Assembly (NCBI GenBank): GCA_047967505.1 | Contig: CM106538.1 | Length of the DNA stretch: 64,000 nt | Strand: one strand, 5' to 3' | From: Dipteris shenzhenensis | Taxonomy: Eukaryota | Shown here: piece by piece, positions 39,701 through 54,202 of the stretch | Layout: every line of letters begins with the position of its first letter | How positions within the stretch are numbered: the first letter of the stretch is position 1 | Made by a program: the position numbers and the translations under genes | Notes under the pieces: generated by a model | What the model was told of the DNA's origin: nothing | What the model saw: the letters and a program-made list of their open reading frames with translations, nothing else | Databases searched by the model: none

Positions 39701-40255
39701 GCAAAGGGGGGGATTGTTGGGTTAAAGAAGACTCATCCTCATGAGGATAGTATAGTGGTGTGATTAGCCTTGTCTATCGATGTGTCATTCATGCATGTGA
39801 TGATCTATGTAGAAGGAGGAGGAGGTGTGTCGCCTCCATTCTAGAACTCTCCAAGGCAGCAATGAGAGTCGACCTCCATGAATCTAGCGAGGCCATATGA
39901 CTCTTGGATTCTCTACACAGCTAGGGATAGGAGGATTGTGTGCTGGTGATCATGAGGAGAGGCAGCCTTCATCAATTGGTGTGTTAATGCTTTATAAATT
40001 TGAGTGTTGATTTTATGAAAGTTGTAGTAGTGTGTTGTGGGAGCCTTTGTGGCAATCTTGGATGTGTAGTAATGAGCAACAAGCCCAGTAGGGATGCACT
40101 CTAGTAGTAGATGAACTTGAGTGTTTTTGTGTGGAGTTTTGAGTTGATTCTCATATCAGTTCTTTGTCGATTCAATAGATTTTGCACTCATTTCAATTCT
40201 AATCAGATAGCTATTTAAATTGCATGAAACACTAAACTTAGACATAAAGCCAACA
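39701..40255 (+). mobile_element. PPT plus 3' LTR (39715-40255), Sirevirus-like junction
   Basis: GCAAAGGGGGGGAT then TGTTGG...CCAACA inverted termini; TATAAA at ~39993. Confidence 0.7.
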
Positions 40256-42195
40256 GATAAGTCATAGCCAGCATCACTTTTTATTGAAGAGCAGAGTTTG
40301 TGTACCTACCACCATCCAATAAGAAAAACATGATGAGAACCAGCTTAACCTTAGTTGGGAAGACAGTGCGAAGTTGTCCCGATTAAGTATGTGTTTAAAG
40401 GAGAGGTGTTGTAAAAAGGCAAGAAAAATTTGGGGTAAGATAGAGGGAAATTCATAAGGAAATTTTATTTTAAAGTATAAGAAAAGGGGGAGTTGATGGT
40501 GGAAAATTATGCAAAGAAGTTTTAGTAATAAAGAAGGAAGGGAAAAAACGTAATGCTAAATAAGAAATTAACTTTTAGGTTAGTGTAAGCACTAAAGTTT
40601 AGGAAATTAATGTTTGGTTAGTATATGCACTATCTGAAGATTTTGTTTATAGCATAAAGACAATGAAGTGTACTATAATATAGAAGGCTTAAAAAGTAGA
40701 ACGATCAAAGGAAAAATAAAGTTAAAAAAATCATAGTATAAAGACATAGACGGTTGGGCGGGTAAGCCTTAGAGTCATTAATTAGATAGTTTTAGAGGGG
40801 TAAAAAAAAGAGGGGGGGGCAGGTTGGAAAGAATACAGTATTAAGGAATCAATAATAAGGGGAAAGAAATAAATCAAAGTATGAGAGAGATAAGGAGGGA
40901 CTAGAAGTGGTGGTAGAACTAACGATGAAGGGGAGAGAAATAAAGAAAAGTAATAAAGAGGGGGGAGAATTAATCATAAGCAGTATTTGAGAATTAATTG
41001 TAAAAGGTACTTTTGAATCAATGACCAAGAATAGCGAGGCATCGTGATGAATTCGAGGTGATGAAGGTGACGAAAGGGATACAGAGGCTGGGCAATAGAT
41101 GGAGTGGCAAAGAGCAGAAGAGGGCACGTGGTTGTGTGGCAAAGAGTAGAATAGGGCACATGACAGAGTAGGCAGAAGAGAGGGTAGTAGGCGAGGCTAC
41201 GAGTGGACAGCGTAGGGTGAGGGGGATTAAATAGTTGTAGCAAAGGTAGTTGGGGAGGCAAAAGGTCGAGAACACAAGGAGTCAGAGAGGTTCTCGGAGA
41301 CAAAAAGGAGACAGATAGGCGCTGCGAGGGTAGTGGCTCGAGAGGTGCCTTTTATGCTATGTTTTAATGTCTTAAGAAAGACTTCCTGTTATTCATTGAT
41401 GCTCTTTTAAGAGAAACTTTCGGGATTGTAGTTAGGACAAAGGAGAGTAGTTATGGTTTTTAGGGAGCGTAGTTAGGGTAGTAGAGTTTGAACATAGTTA
41501 GGGAGTAAAAAGCGGGTAATTGGGGAAGAAATTGAGGAAAATCGAGGGGAAAATAGAAAAAACAAATAAAAGTAGGAAAATAGGGAAAAATACATTAAAA
41601 AGGGAAAATAAAAAAATAAGGGACAATTAGGAAAATTTTAGGAAATTTTAGGAAAAATAGGGAGAAAAAGGAAATTTTAGGATATTAGGAAAAAATAAAG
41701 AAAAATAGGACAAAATAGGGGAAATGGAAAAAAATAAAAATTAGGAGAGAATTAGGAAAAACTTAAGGGAAGATAGAGAGTTAGGACGAATATGGGGAAG
41801 AGTAGAGACTTAAAGAGTTAGGAAATTTTAGGGAACAGATTAGGGAAAATGCAAGGAACATTAGGGAAAATTAGCGAATTAGGAAAATTAAGGGAGAAAT
41901 TAGAGAAATTAGGGAGAGAGGAAAAAAGGGGGGGTTGAAGTAGAGAGAGGGGATACCTAGAGAGGGGGAGGGGGGCGGAGGGAGGAAATTGAGGGGCTAA
42001 GATAGAGAGAGAGGATAAAAAAAGAGACAGGGGGGAGGAGAGAGGATAACTAGAGAGAGGGAAGATTTGAAGAGAGGGGAAGAATATTAAGGGGTGAAAA
42101 TTTGAAGAGAGGGGAAGAATAGTAAGGGGTGAAATTGGTGAAAGTAGAAGTAGGATGTGGAGGGTCTGAGATAAAGCGTTAAAGGGAAGAAGGTA
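40256..42195. repeat. Purine-skewed low-complexity region starting with a diverged partial copy of the 1.9-kb repeat
   Basis: 40256-40370 (CTACCACCATCCAA...GTTGGGAAGACA) matches ~46020-46125. Confidence 0.6.
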
Positions 42196-42232
42196 TGTGT
42201 GTGTCTGTGTGTCTGTGTGTCTGTGTGTCTAT

Positions 42233-42281
<49 letters not shown>

Positions 42282-42327
42282 ATACATCTAATAATGTCTC
42301 ATGGCTAAGTGCATTGTTTGTGTCCCT

Positions 42328-42375
<48 letters not shown>

Positions 42376-42719
42376 ATTGCTATCTATGTGTGCATGTGTG
42401 TGTGAGTGTGCATTTGTGCATGCGTGTGCATGTGCATGTGCATGTGCATGTGCATGTGCGTGTGCGTGTGAGTGTGCATTTGCGCATGCATGTACATGTG
42501 TGTGTTCATGCATGTGCGTGTGGGCATGGGCATGTGCATGTACATGTGCATGCACGCACGCGCGTGTGTGTGTGTGTGCATGCATGCATCCATGTGTGTA
42601 GGTGTGCATGTGCGTGTGCATGTGCATGTGTGTGTGCGTGCATGGGTGCTTGCACAGGTGCATGTGTGCGGGTGCATGCATGTGTGCATGTGCATGTGCA
42701 TACATGCATGCATGCATGA

Positions 42720-42760
<41 letters not shown>
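42196..42760. repeat. Compound microsatellite: (TGTGTC)n, two (CT)n, long degenerate (TGTGCA)/(TG)n tract
   Basis: Direct inspection. Overlapping ORFs are repeat artefacts. Confidence 0.95.
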
Positions 42761-42761
<1 letters not shown>

Positions 42762-42764
42762 CAC

Positions 42765-44740
42765 CCCTTTGCATAGTGAAAAGACAAAAGAGCAAAGCTA
42801 CACAATGAAATAGGACTAACTGCATTAACAGAGAAGTTTGTACAAGTCGGTGAATCCCTGCTTATAACGGAAACGCGACAGTGGGCATTTTTGTAGAAAT
42901 GACTTTGTGGAAACTATATGGAGTTTGAGCTTGGATAAGTCCTGGCAAGCGTCACTTAAATTATTGAAGAGGGGAGTCTGCCTACCTGCCACCATCCAAC
43001 AAGCAAAAAAGTGGTTGGGAAGACAGGTGTCATCAACACCCCTCCCTTGTTATCGGAGTCACAATAAAAATCGATGCTTTGGCCACACACTTATCAAGCT
43101 TAAGCAGTGAAGGTAATGAACCTTTGTAGAAACAAAGGGGTTTTTTTAAATATAGATTAATAGAAGTAATGGGGTGGAAGAAGGTTAGCACGATCAATCT
43201 AAAGGTTAAGGAGTAAAAATAATGAACCTTTGTAGTGAAAAAAAAAGGGGGGGGGATTAATACAAATTGATAGAAGTAATGGGGGGAGAAAGGGTTTAGT
43301 TGAAAGGAATTTAATGAATAGGGGTGGTTTGAAGAGGTTAAGAAAGGATGGATTAAAGGAAAAGGAAGGTGGGAAGGGTGGAAGTATACTTTAGAAAACA
43401 TTACAAATTAAAATTTAGAGAGGATAACTAGGGAAAGGGTAGGATAAGTAAGGAAACAAAAAAGAGAAAAGAGAAGTGAGGAGAAAGCAGAAAAACTTGG
43501 GTGAAAATGTATAGATTAGGGATGGGATGAAAAGGGATACGTAGCTATTAGGGAACGATTACCTAAAAAATTAAAACAAATAAAGCTAGGAGTATATAAG
43601 TTTACTTATATAAGGAGAATGCACCAAATAGAGGGGGACATTAGAGCCTAAAAGGGGGATATTAGAAGGAGAATGAACTAGTTTAGAGGGGGAAATCAGA
43701 TCCTATAGAGAGGGTGAAATTAGACCCTATAAGGAGAATGAACTAGTTTAGAGGGGGAAATTAGAGCCTATAGAGCAAACGGGTTTAAAGAAGTAGAAGG
43801 ATTAAAGTAGAAGGGAAAATTTTGGAAGGGAGAGGGGGTTAAAGACAAATTAATACGGGGGGGGGGGATAACGAGAGGACTTAAGAGGGGGGTGGGGTAA
43901 ATGATAATTTGAGATAAATAAAAGATAAAGGAGAAGAGGGGGGGGGCATCAAACAAGACCAGTAAGTCCAATTCCACGACTGGTTGTCAAGCCGCAGGCA
44001 TTTACCTCTATCCAAAGCCATACAAAGGAAAGCATGAAGGGCGCAGTTACCTGCGACCATGCAGTCGAGTGAATGGAGGTTGAAGCATGGTAGCGAGGCC
44101 AATAGCACAACAGTCGAGGTCAGAGGTCCCAACGGGGGAGCAACAGTGCAATTAATTAGTAGTCTTTTGGGCAAGCAGCAGCGTGAACAGCGTGGAAGGG
44201 TATGTAGGTCCTGGTGCATGGAGTTGTAGGTTCTAGAGCATGGAATAGAGCCAAAAGGATAGGGGTTTAAGGGACTGTAGGTCTAGAAAGCTTGCACAGG
44301 CAGGCGGAAGACCACTATGCATGGTGTAGCAAGGGGCAGTGAGCAGTGAAGGGTAGTAGTGGACGAGTAAACTAGGAAGCGGGGGGGTTGGGAGTGAGTG
44401 GGAGGGAATGGTTAGAGGTGAAGTACTTAATAGGCAAAGAAGTCATGCAATCGGGGAAGGGAGAGGTCGCAGATGTAAGGAGTAGGGAGAATTAGAGAGA
44501 CTAGGAAGCGAGGTAGTCCAGGGGGGGGGGGCGGGGGGGTTTAGGAGTAGTTTGGGGAGGTTAACGTAGTTGTGTTAGGGAGACAAGTTAGGTTAGGAGG
44601 TTTAATTAAAAAGGAGGAAAAAATCAAAGGGAAAGATTAGGCATAAATTATGAATAAATTGAAAATTTGTGAAAGAAGAGGAAAAGGTAGGGGCAAGAGT
44701 TTAATGAGGGAGAAGCTAACAAGACATTAAGAATAAAAAC
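42765..44740. repeat. ~1.9-kb repeat, copy A
   Basis: Colinear with 45850-47700 from CCTTTGCATAGTGAAAAGAC to AAGACATTAAG. Confidence 0.92.
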
Positions 44741-45849
44741 GAAGAAATAAGGAAAAATTAAAGAGAATAACAAAAAGGACGAAAAAATAGAGATTAAGGA
44801 AAAATTAAGGAAAACAAGGCGAAATAAGGAAAAATTTAAGGAAAGTTAAGCAAAACGATAAAAAATAAGGAAGGAATAAGGAGATTAAGGAAAAGTAAGA
44901 GATAATTAAGGAAAACAATAAATAATTAGGGAAAATAAGGAAAAATAAAGGGGGATTAAGGAAAAAGGTAATAGGAGAAATGATTAAAAATAAGAAAGGA
45001 AAAAAAAAAGGAAAATATATTAGGAAATTTTTTAATTTAAGAAAAAAGGGAGGAATTAGGGAGAGATTAAAGGGAGAATAAGGGAGTTTGAGGGAAAAGA
45101 AATTAGGGAAATTAAGGGGGGTTGTCGAGGGGAGCTCTAATGAGCAAGTGGCAAAACCAATGGAGGAAGGGATAGTAAGTGTGTGTGTGTGTGTGTGTGC
45201 GCGTGTGTGTGTGTGTTTACCCACCTTTGCCCCAGTAGGATACAACACACTAGGTGAGACAGTAGGTCATCACTTAGTATGATGACCTATTGTCTACCCA
45301 AAGAGAATAAGAAGTATTGAGAAGTGCAATTTAAAGTAATGGAATTGGAAGAGAAGTACTTGAGTGAGGTAGGTGAATAGTATGGAAGTAAAATGGTTTA
45401 ACAGATATATGGGTAAGTTGTGGTTATAGTAATATTAGGCAAGAAGAGGAAGTGGATAGTTTTGACAACAATCTAGATTAGAAGAGTATTATATAAAAAG
45501 GGAAAAATATAACAACAAGGTAAGTATAATAAAACAGTGTTGCTCAAAGAGACATGAAAGGAGTTAGTAGGCCAAAAGGCCATAATGCCTTAAATGTATT
45601 CTTTGGGAGGTGGGAGCCGAGGATGGGCTATAGAGAGTTTTGAATTTGGAGCGTGATATCTGATAAATAATTCTGCAAGGATAAGAGAGGGATTAGAAAG
45701 ATGTTTATTAGAAAAAAATATAACAAAATAAAGAACAAGTTAAAAAAGGGAGTCAAGAAGCCAAAACGGCCTTAATGACTTAAGTGTACTATGTGCAACC
45801 ATCCAAAGTTGCAGGGAAAACAACCTGTGTGTAGAAGACTTTACAACAA

Positions 45850-47700
45850 CCCTTTGCATAGTGAAAAGACAAAAGAGTGAAGCTAGACAATGAAATAGGA
45901 CTAATTGCATTAGCGCAGAAGTTTGTACAAGTCGGTGAATCCCTATTTATAAAGGAAACTAGCAGTGGACATTTTTGTAGAAATGACTTTGTGGAAACTG
46001 TATGGAGTTTGAGCTTGGATACGTCCTGGCAAGCGTCACTTTTATTGAAGAGGGGAGTCTGCCTACCTACCACCATCCAACAAGCAAAATAGTGAGAACG
46101 AGTTTTAACTTTGGTTGGGAAGACAAGTGTCATCAACACACCTCCCTTGTTATCAGAGTTACAATAAAAATCGAGCTTTGGCCATACACTTATCAAGCTT
46201 AAGCAGCAAAGGTAATGAACCTTTGTAGAAAAAAAGGGGGCCTTTTAATATAGATTAATAGAAGTAATGAGGGGGAAGAAGGTTAGCACGATCAATCTAA
46301 AGGTTGAGTTAAAAAAATCAATAGTGAAAAAAATGGGGGGGGGGGCAGGGGGGAAACTAATACAAATTGATAGAAGTAATGGGGGGAGAAAGGGTTTAGT
46401 TGAAAGGAATTTAATGAATAGGGGTGGTTTGAAGAGGTTAAGAAAGGATGGATTAAAGGAAAAGGAAGGTGGGAAGGGTGGAAGAATACTTTATAAAAAA
46501 TTACAAATTAAAATTTAGAGAGGATAACTAGGGAAAGCGTAGGATAAGGATACAAAAAAGAGAAAAGATAAGTGAGGAGAAAGCAAAAAAACTTGGGTGA
46601 AAATGTATAAATTAGGGATGGGATGAAAAGGGATACATAGCTATTAGGGAAAGATTACCTAAAAAATTAAAACAAATGAACTAGTTTAGAGGGGGAAATT
46701 TGTTCCTATAGAGGGGGAAATTAGAGCCTATAGAGCAAAGGGGGTTTAAAGAAGTAGAAGGAATGAAGTAGAAGGGAAAAAATTGGAAGGCAGAGGGGGT
46801 TAAAGACAAATAAAAAGGGGGGGGAGATAACAAGAGGACTTAAGAGGGGGTGGGGTAAATGACAATTTGAGATAAATAAAAGATAAAGAGGGGGGGGGGG
46901 GGGGGGGGAGCATCAAATAGGACCAGTAAGTCCAATTTCACGAGCTGGCTATCGGGCCACAGGCGTTTATCTCTATCCAAAAGCCATGCAAAGGACAACA
47001 TGAAGGGCGCAGTTACTTGCGACCATGCAGTGGAGTGAATGGAGGTTGGAGTGTGGCAGCGAGGCCAGTAGGGCAACAGTCGAGGCCACAGAGGTCCAAG
47101 CGGGGGAGCAACGGCGCAGTTGATCAAAGTCTTTTGGGGAAGCAGCAATGCGGACAGTGTGGAAGGGTCTGTAGGTCCTGGTGCATGGAGTTGTAGGTTT
47201 TAGAGCATTGAAGAGAGCCAAAAGGATAGGGGTTTAAGGGATTGTAGGTCCAGAAAGCTTGCATGGGCGGGCAGAAGACCACTATGCAAGGTGCAGCAAG
47301 GGGCAGTGAGCAGTGGAGGGTAGTAGTGGACAAGCAAGCTAGGATGCGGGGGGGTTGGGAGTGACTAGGAGGGAATGGTTAGAGGTGAGGTACTTAATAG
47401 GTAAGGAAGTCATGCAGTCAGGGAAGGGAGAGGTCGGGTATGTAAGGAGTAGGGAGAATTAGAGAGACTAAGAGGCGAGGTAGTCAAGGGGGGGGGTTGG
47501 TTTGGGAGAAGTTAGGGGAGGTTAACATAGTTATGTTAGGGAGATAAGTTAGGTTAGGAGGTTTAATTAAAAAGGAGGAAAAAATCAAAGGGAAAGATTA
47601 GGCATAAATTATTAATAAATTGAAAAATTGCAAAAGAAGAGGAAAAGGTAGGGGCAAGAGTTTAATGAGAGAGAAGCTAAGAAGACATTAAGGATAAAAC
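45850..47700. repeat. ~1.9-kb repeat, copy B
   Basis: Direct repeat of 42765-44740. Confidence 0.92.
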
Positions 47701-50700
47701 AAATCCCAATGGCTATACCAATATATCCATCAGTATAGCCATCAAGAATCTACCAAAAATATGTATAAAATTGGCATCAATATATCCGATAAGAAATAGT
47801 GCAAAATACAGTGATATATCCATTAGGCACCAGTACAAATCCATTAAAATTTAGCATTGGCATACCTGTCAAGTACCCATTGAACATCAATGCTGAGAAA
47901 TTTTAGTAAAATTTGGTGCATGGTAGAATGAATCTATATATTCATATCTTAGATGGTCCTAAGCAACTCATTGAGAAGTACTCTCAATCGATAGGTAGTG
48001 GGGGTCCCTTGGGCATTTAATCTCATTAGATTTTGGGGCCTCTAGTCACCATTGTTGGTTGAGACAATTAATTTCTATTGATGTCATCAGTTGGGGCTCC
48101 ATGATGTTGGTTGAGAAAAATAATTTCTATTGAGATGTCATCGATTGGCACTCCATGATGTCACCATATAGAGGACAAGGGGACAACAAGGACCCATGCA
48201 AAGGACACATGTTGCCATAGAGGGACTAGATGTTAATGATAGTGTCAATTGCACTATTTTGGAGAGGACTATAAGGGCATAGCCCTAGCCCTAAAGGATA
48301 AAGATGTATATATTCATCATCATGTTCATCATACAAATAGTGTACAGTTACTTATATTGCATGCAATCCTACTTTCTCAATGTAGAATTAGAGCCCATGG
48401 CCTCTTGTGTTTACACCTACCATAGTTGTCATGCTACCCATCTTGTAGCCTAGGGAGAGAGCCATACCTTTTTCTTTATAGTACCTTGATCTAAGATTCC
48501 TAATCAAGGTATCAAACTTCAAATCCTTCACCCTCTTGTGCTTTCATGGAGTAGTTTATGGCGAGAATTCCTTGTTCACTTTAGTTGTAGGAAACCTCAC
48601 ATGGGGTTTCCCTTAGTGCCTAATGGCCATCTTCTTGGAGCTCAAAGTCCCCCATGTGTGCCATGCCAATAGGTTCTTTTATGCACTATCATTGGCCTCA
48701 ATTAGCCCATCTAGTAGCCTCCTTTGATGGTACACCTCGATGAGTTTTTTAAATCTTCCAATCTCCCTATCGTGGCTCCTTCTAGTGCCCTTTTTTGTCC
48801 TTAAGATCATGCTCAAGATCCTCTGCATCTCCCTCCTAAAGCAACGTCTATCAAAAAATTTGCACTCCATCATCGGAGGCACCAAAGCATAGGAGCAGTG
48901 CCATGACTTGCATCTCTCAGTAGTCACCTCCCTTGAGTGCTCCAAATTTGCCTCTTTTGGACTATATTTCTTCTATAATTGTTGCTCTCCCCAACACACT
49001 CATAGCTAGCTCCTACTGAATGCTCAACTAGCTCAATAGAGCTAGCTTTTATATCTCTACTACATGCAACTTTGTAGCATATTTTTGTTACATAATGCAC
49101 TGTTAGCCCCCATCTACAGCTCTTATAGCTCCCTAAGGCAATGTCTAGCTGGGGTCTAGCTTTGGTTCTCTATTGTATGTTTCCAATAGTCTGCCCTTTA
49201 GTCTTTCTAGGTACAACCACCCCTCAAGCAGAGTCCAAACCCTTTAAAGCTCTTAATTTGATTAACATAGCCTTCTTGTATAGACTTGTAGATAGCTATT
49301 GCCCATAGACCCTACTATTCTACCACATTGAATGATGTCTAATCCATCAGTCTCAAAAAATTTGCTACTAACTCGCATCCATATAAGTCTTTGCACAACC
49401 TTATAGACTATTCTCATCTACATACTGGAGTTGCTAACTCCAATAGCCACTCATCCATTCTATGAGTTCCTATACCTGTGGCTCTTGTATTCAGTAAACC
49501 AAATCTATATCAACTCCTACTTCCCACCAAAACTTCACAATCCATAGTGACTTATCGCATGTTTAGCTATAGCTCAGCCATCTAGAGGCTATAACATGCA
49601 ATCGTTGATTAATTGACCAAGAGGACTCCTTTCTTTTTGGCATAGTTCTATCTTTCCTTTAGCTTGTTTTTTGGAATTTGTTGCCAAAGGCAAAGAATGA
49701 CGTACAATTTAAGGAAAATTTGAAAATCAAGTTATACAAGATGTATTCAATCAAACGATTTTTGCTATATAGTCATTGTGCTCAACACATGCTATCTCAT
49801 ATTTTTAGCTTTTTCTTTTTAAGAGGCTTGATTGCCATTATCTGCACCAAAAAAATCTTGTACATGCATTCTCTACTTGTGAATTGTATTTTAAGACGAG
49901 TGTTAAGAATAGTATAAATTGCACTATTCTTAGAGAGGACTATATAAGGGCATACTAACAAACCCTAATTCTAAGGGCTATAAATATTTATATCATGTTC
50001 ATAATACAATTATTGTGTAGTTACCTATCATGTGCATTCCTCTCTCCCCTAATTTCTCGATACTATTGATGTTGTTGAGTCCATGTGTGTGAGTGGACTT
50101 GATATGCAATTTGTTGGTGGGATGGCCACACCACCATCAAGATTGTCATGCACGTTGACACCATTGCACAACTTGATCTCAACATCGTGCATCCTAGAAC
50201 CAAAAGCTACACCATAAATGCTCACAAGGCACCTGATGAGCTGATTAGACATCTTTTCATGAGGGTCTTGCATATTTTGGGCTCATTCTAGGGATGATAT
50301 GAGACAAATTATACAAGATAATAGAGGATCTTATGTCAGTTTTTACAGATACACCCTATCATGCAGGTTCTTTGACAAAAATATCTTGAAATATTGGTGT
50401 AACCAAATATGTCATAGTCATGCTATGTAGAGTGTTATCTGTGCTTGACCACATTTAAGGAGTAATGACCCACCATAAATTAGAGATCCAAGTTGCAGTG
50501 AGAGTAGGACTAGCATAGTTACAACATATTTTTCACAAGGATTAGAATCAAGCCAAGCATGATTACAAGAGAGAACCTTAAAATTAGAAGAAATGGAAAA
50601 ACGCAACTTGGGTCTAACAATAAAAGATGGGACCTTCTCACATTGGGAGTGGCAATAAGGTTTGCTTCAAAAGTATTTTAAGTGTCTTTACTACACCAAC

Positions 50701-50934
50701 TATTTTATTTATTATTAACGTGTTTGGTCTAATGTTCTTTTTCATTAACATGCTAGTCTCTTTCCTCACAGATAACTCTTGTTGATGCAGACTTGTCTCA
50801 TCATTTTTATAGCACACAAGGATGAGTATAAGTATTCTTATAGGCATATTACTCAACATCTCACTACAACCATTTGTGTCACTTTGCGATGGTTATTTGA
50901 CGAGCACAACATAGAAATTATTTTTGTAAAAGGG

Positions 50935-51090
50935 TGCTTGCATCGTGTGCATCGTGAGTGTATGTGCATGTGTGTGTGCACACGCGTGCATGCATGTGTG
51001 TGTGTGAGCACACATGTGCATTCTCATGTGTGTGTGTGGGGGGGGGCGTGTGCATGTGCATGTGCACATGCATGCACATGCCATTGCACA
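50935..51090. repeat. Degenerate (TG/CA) alternating microsatellite
   Basis: Direct inspection. Confidence 0.85.
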
Positions 51091-51741
51091 TACATTAAAA
51101 CATTGTCTTTGCAACATTATGTGCTTCCAATAGCACTTTGGGGTTGCTTAATGGAGGACATCAGGAGTGCCATCAACAAGACGTGCAATTTTGTGAGATG
51201 TTCATCTCAAAATCATGATCCACCATTGAGGCAAATTCATTTTCTTCCATATACATAATTGCCTTTTTGAATATCTTGATGATAGTTTTAATGGATATCA
51301 TCATAGCAGATTGCAAAGCCATCAATCAAGCCAATAAGAATTCATGCCATCGAACCAATATGTTTTATTGAGAAAGAATTTCCAATGAGCATTCTGGATA
51401 TTCAACTACATCTAGTTGTCTAGCATTGACAAATACAAAAATTGTGTAGAGTCAATGGATTCTCTTCTTGGAGTGTTTCACAAAAAATTTGAAAGGCTTT
51501 GTCTCTCATCTTTGTGAGGCAAAAGACATAGCCAAAAGGCAGCAAGACAGAAGGTTTGTTGGTCCAAGTATCTATGTCATTGAGTTTCTCATGCAATAGA
51601 ATCCCTTAGCTCCTCGACTTTGGGATGATAGGGATGCTCCCATAGTTGAAGAAAGTATAGAACAAGAGAAAAGCATGCAAGCAAATATAAATTTTCCATT
51701 AGAATAAGACTCACACATTTTGTCTCTATAATTGCAAGGGA

Positions 51742-51869
51742 ATGGAGAAATGGATTGAAAGATATGAAGAGGGAAAAAGAAAATGAGAGGAAAATTGGAG
51801 AAATGGAGAAAAAGGAAATGGAGAAATGGATTGAAAGATATGAAGAGGGAAAAAGAAAATGAGAGGAAG
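51742..51869. repeat. Two ~50-bp direct repeats (ATGGAGAAATGGATTGAAAGATATGAAGAGGG...)
   Basis: Direct inspection. Confidence 0.85.
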
Positions 51870-53474
51870 ACAGAAGAGCTTTTAGATTAAAAAATAGAGG
51901 GGTTAGGTATCTAGAAGATCTATACATCTATTGCCAAGAAAATGCAATATTGAATGGCTCCAAGATGCAATTATAGGGACTAGTCAAAGGGGAGAGGTTG
52001 TGAATAGTAGGGAATGAGCAATTGCCAAGGGTTGTGATCATGATGAGAAGTTGGAAATAGCATTTATTTCTTTGAGATACTAATTTTTCTTTTGATTTTA
52101 TGTTTAATGTATTCTATTCAATGCAATATGGTCACACAGTCATCATTTTTTCATAGAGAATGTTGATGTAAAGTGTAGCACATTTAATCATGAAGTCATG
52201 GAAAATTTTCCCGAAGAGAGTTAAGCTATCCAAGGGATACACAAATAGTGGAAAGTGAGCTAGATTATGTTGAAACCATTGGTATCCTCATGCCTCTTCC
52301 ATGAGCCCTCTCTCTCCCTCTTGTAGATATCCTCTTATGTAGACTCTTGTGATGCACGTTGCACCAAGATAGCAATGTGTCTTTGAAGATAAGGACATTG
52401 AGGAAGAGATGGAAAGTATCATAGTAGATGACATGGAAGCAAGCACTTCCAATACTTCTCCACTACCTCATGAGTTGATTGCTATACAACCTCCAAAGAT
52501 ACTAATAGTTTAAGCTCTTTGAATCATTACTCAGACATAGATGTGGGGGATCTAGTCTTTGATGCAGAAGAAATCAAAGACTTAGCACTTGAAGAACATG
52601 ATAGTGTTGATGTGTTATTAGAGGATCATGCAAAAGATTCATCTGATGGTTCACATAACTAGCTATGCAACACAAATTCTTTATGCTAAACTCCTCCTAC
52701 GAGGGATGTTAAAAAACTTATGTATCACCTGCACTCAAGGGGTATTCAAACATACCCTTAACTAAAATTTTCCCCCAAATAAAACCACCCCTCTTTACCT
52801 CTAAAGTTGAATTTTAAAACTCCTCCTATTATAATTGTAATCCTATTAAATTTTTTCAAAAGTTGAGTTAAAATACTCCTCCTTTTGAATACACATGGTA
52901 CACTAAAACTATGTGAGGTGAACCCCTCGAGTACTCATCTTTCAAGAGTTTCATGCATTCATGGCCGATTATATCATATGGTTTACATCTAGCTTCTTAT
53001 ATACCAAAGGTTTTACATACAATCTCCATGCAGTAGATTATTAAAAATGAGAAGGTGAGGCATGGAAATTTCGCAAGTTTGGAACAAAGTTTATGTTAGA
53101 ATAAGCATTATCGATGCTTATTTCAACGATTATTTCAATGCAACAGCTTATATGGATGCTTATTCCAATGTCTGATCAACACTTAATGATCGACATGCCC
53201 ATCAATTTTGTTCAATAGTCAATACAAAGCATTATAAAAGGACTTATATGTATTGGTGTCTCTTTGGGGGGGGGTATATATGCACTAGGTCTGCAATAGT
53301 AGAGGTAACTCTCCACCCACTCTTACTTTTTAAACTATCTTCTTTCAACTTATGAGTTGTTAATGTATTCAATAAATATTTCCATTCATGGTGCCCCCAT
53401 TTCATAGGTAGCTTGGGAGAGAGTGAGGGACTTGGAGGCCTTGATGACTCCTCAAGAAGAGCTCCTCTGAGGGT

Positions 53475-54150
53475 GAGGATTGAGGTGATGAGACCTCTAT
53501 ATATTTTAGTGTTTAGTTCTTTAGGCTTTGTTGTAATTTTCATATCATAGTCTCCCCTTTTGGTCCACAATATGATTTTGTATACCCTTTATGGGGTTTC
53601 TTGTAATACATCTTGTTTTGTTCCCTTCAAGATTCTTTTTGTGATACTTCTTGCATTATATACTCATGCCCCTTTGAGGTCCTTTGGTAATGCATCTCAC
53701 ATTGTATTATGTAGACTTATATCTAATTGTCTTATGTTGACTTATACTAGGTGTCATATGTCTATACCATCACTATTAAATGTCAGAATACGAATTATTG
53801 TGATTTATACCGAGGATTGCGGTGATGAGACCTCTATATATTTCAATGTTTAGTTCTTTAGGCTTTGTTGTAATTTTCATATCATAGTCTCGCCTTTTGG
53901 TCCACAATATGATTTTGTATACCCTTTATGGGGTTTCTTGTAGTACATCTTGTTTTGTTCCCTTCAAGATTTTTTTTGTGATACTTCTTGCATTATATAT
54001 GCATGCCCCTTCGAGGTCCTTTGGTAATGCATCTCACATTGTATTATGTAGACTTATATTTAGTTGTATTATGTTGACTTATACTAGGTGTCATATCTAT
54101 ACCATCACTATTAAATGTCAGAATACAAATTATTGTGATTTATACTGAGG
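53475..54150. repeat. Tandem duplication, 337-bp unit
   Basis: ORFs 53560 and 53897 begin with near-identical translations, offset 337 bp. Confidence 0.92.
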
Positions 54151-54202
54151 TTTGTACTAGCATATTTTTGTATATTATTACCACATCAAACACCAATGAT
54201 TA

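Noticed and set aside
41460-41920. Interstitial telomere-like TTAGGG
   Set aside because: Scattered in A/G-rich sequence; no tandem TTTAGGG array.
42309-42825. His/Cys-rich ORFs in many frames
   Set aside because: Translations of a microsatellite.
48250-50050. Two similar ~110-bp segments (near 48250 and 49920) as element ends
   Set aside because: Too degenerate, and no identifiable coding or terminal structure.
51100-51560. Possible Ulp1-like protease remnant (NIQNAHW on the minus strand)
   Set aside because: Single weak motif, no catalytic Cys motif, many stops.
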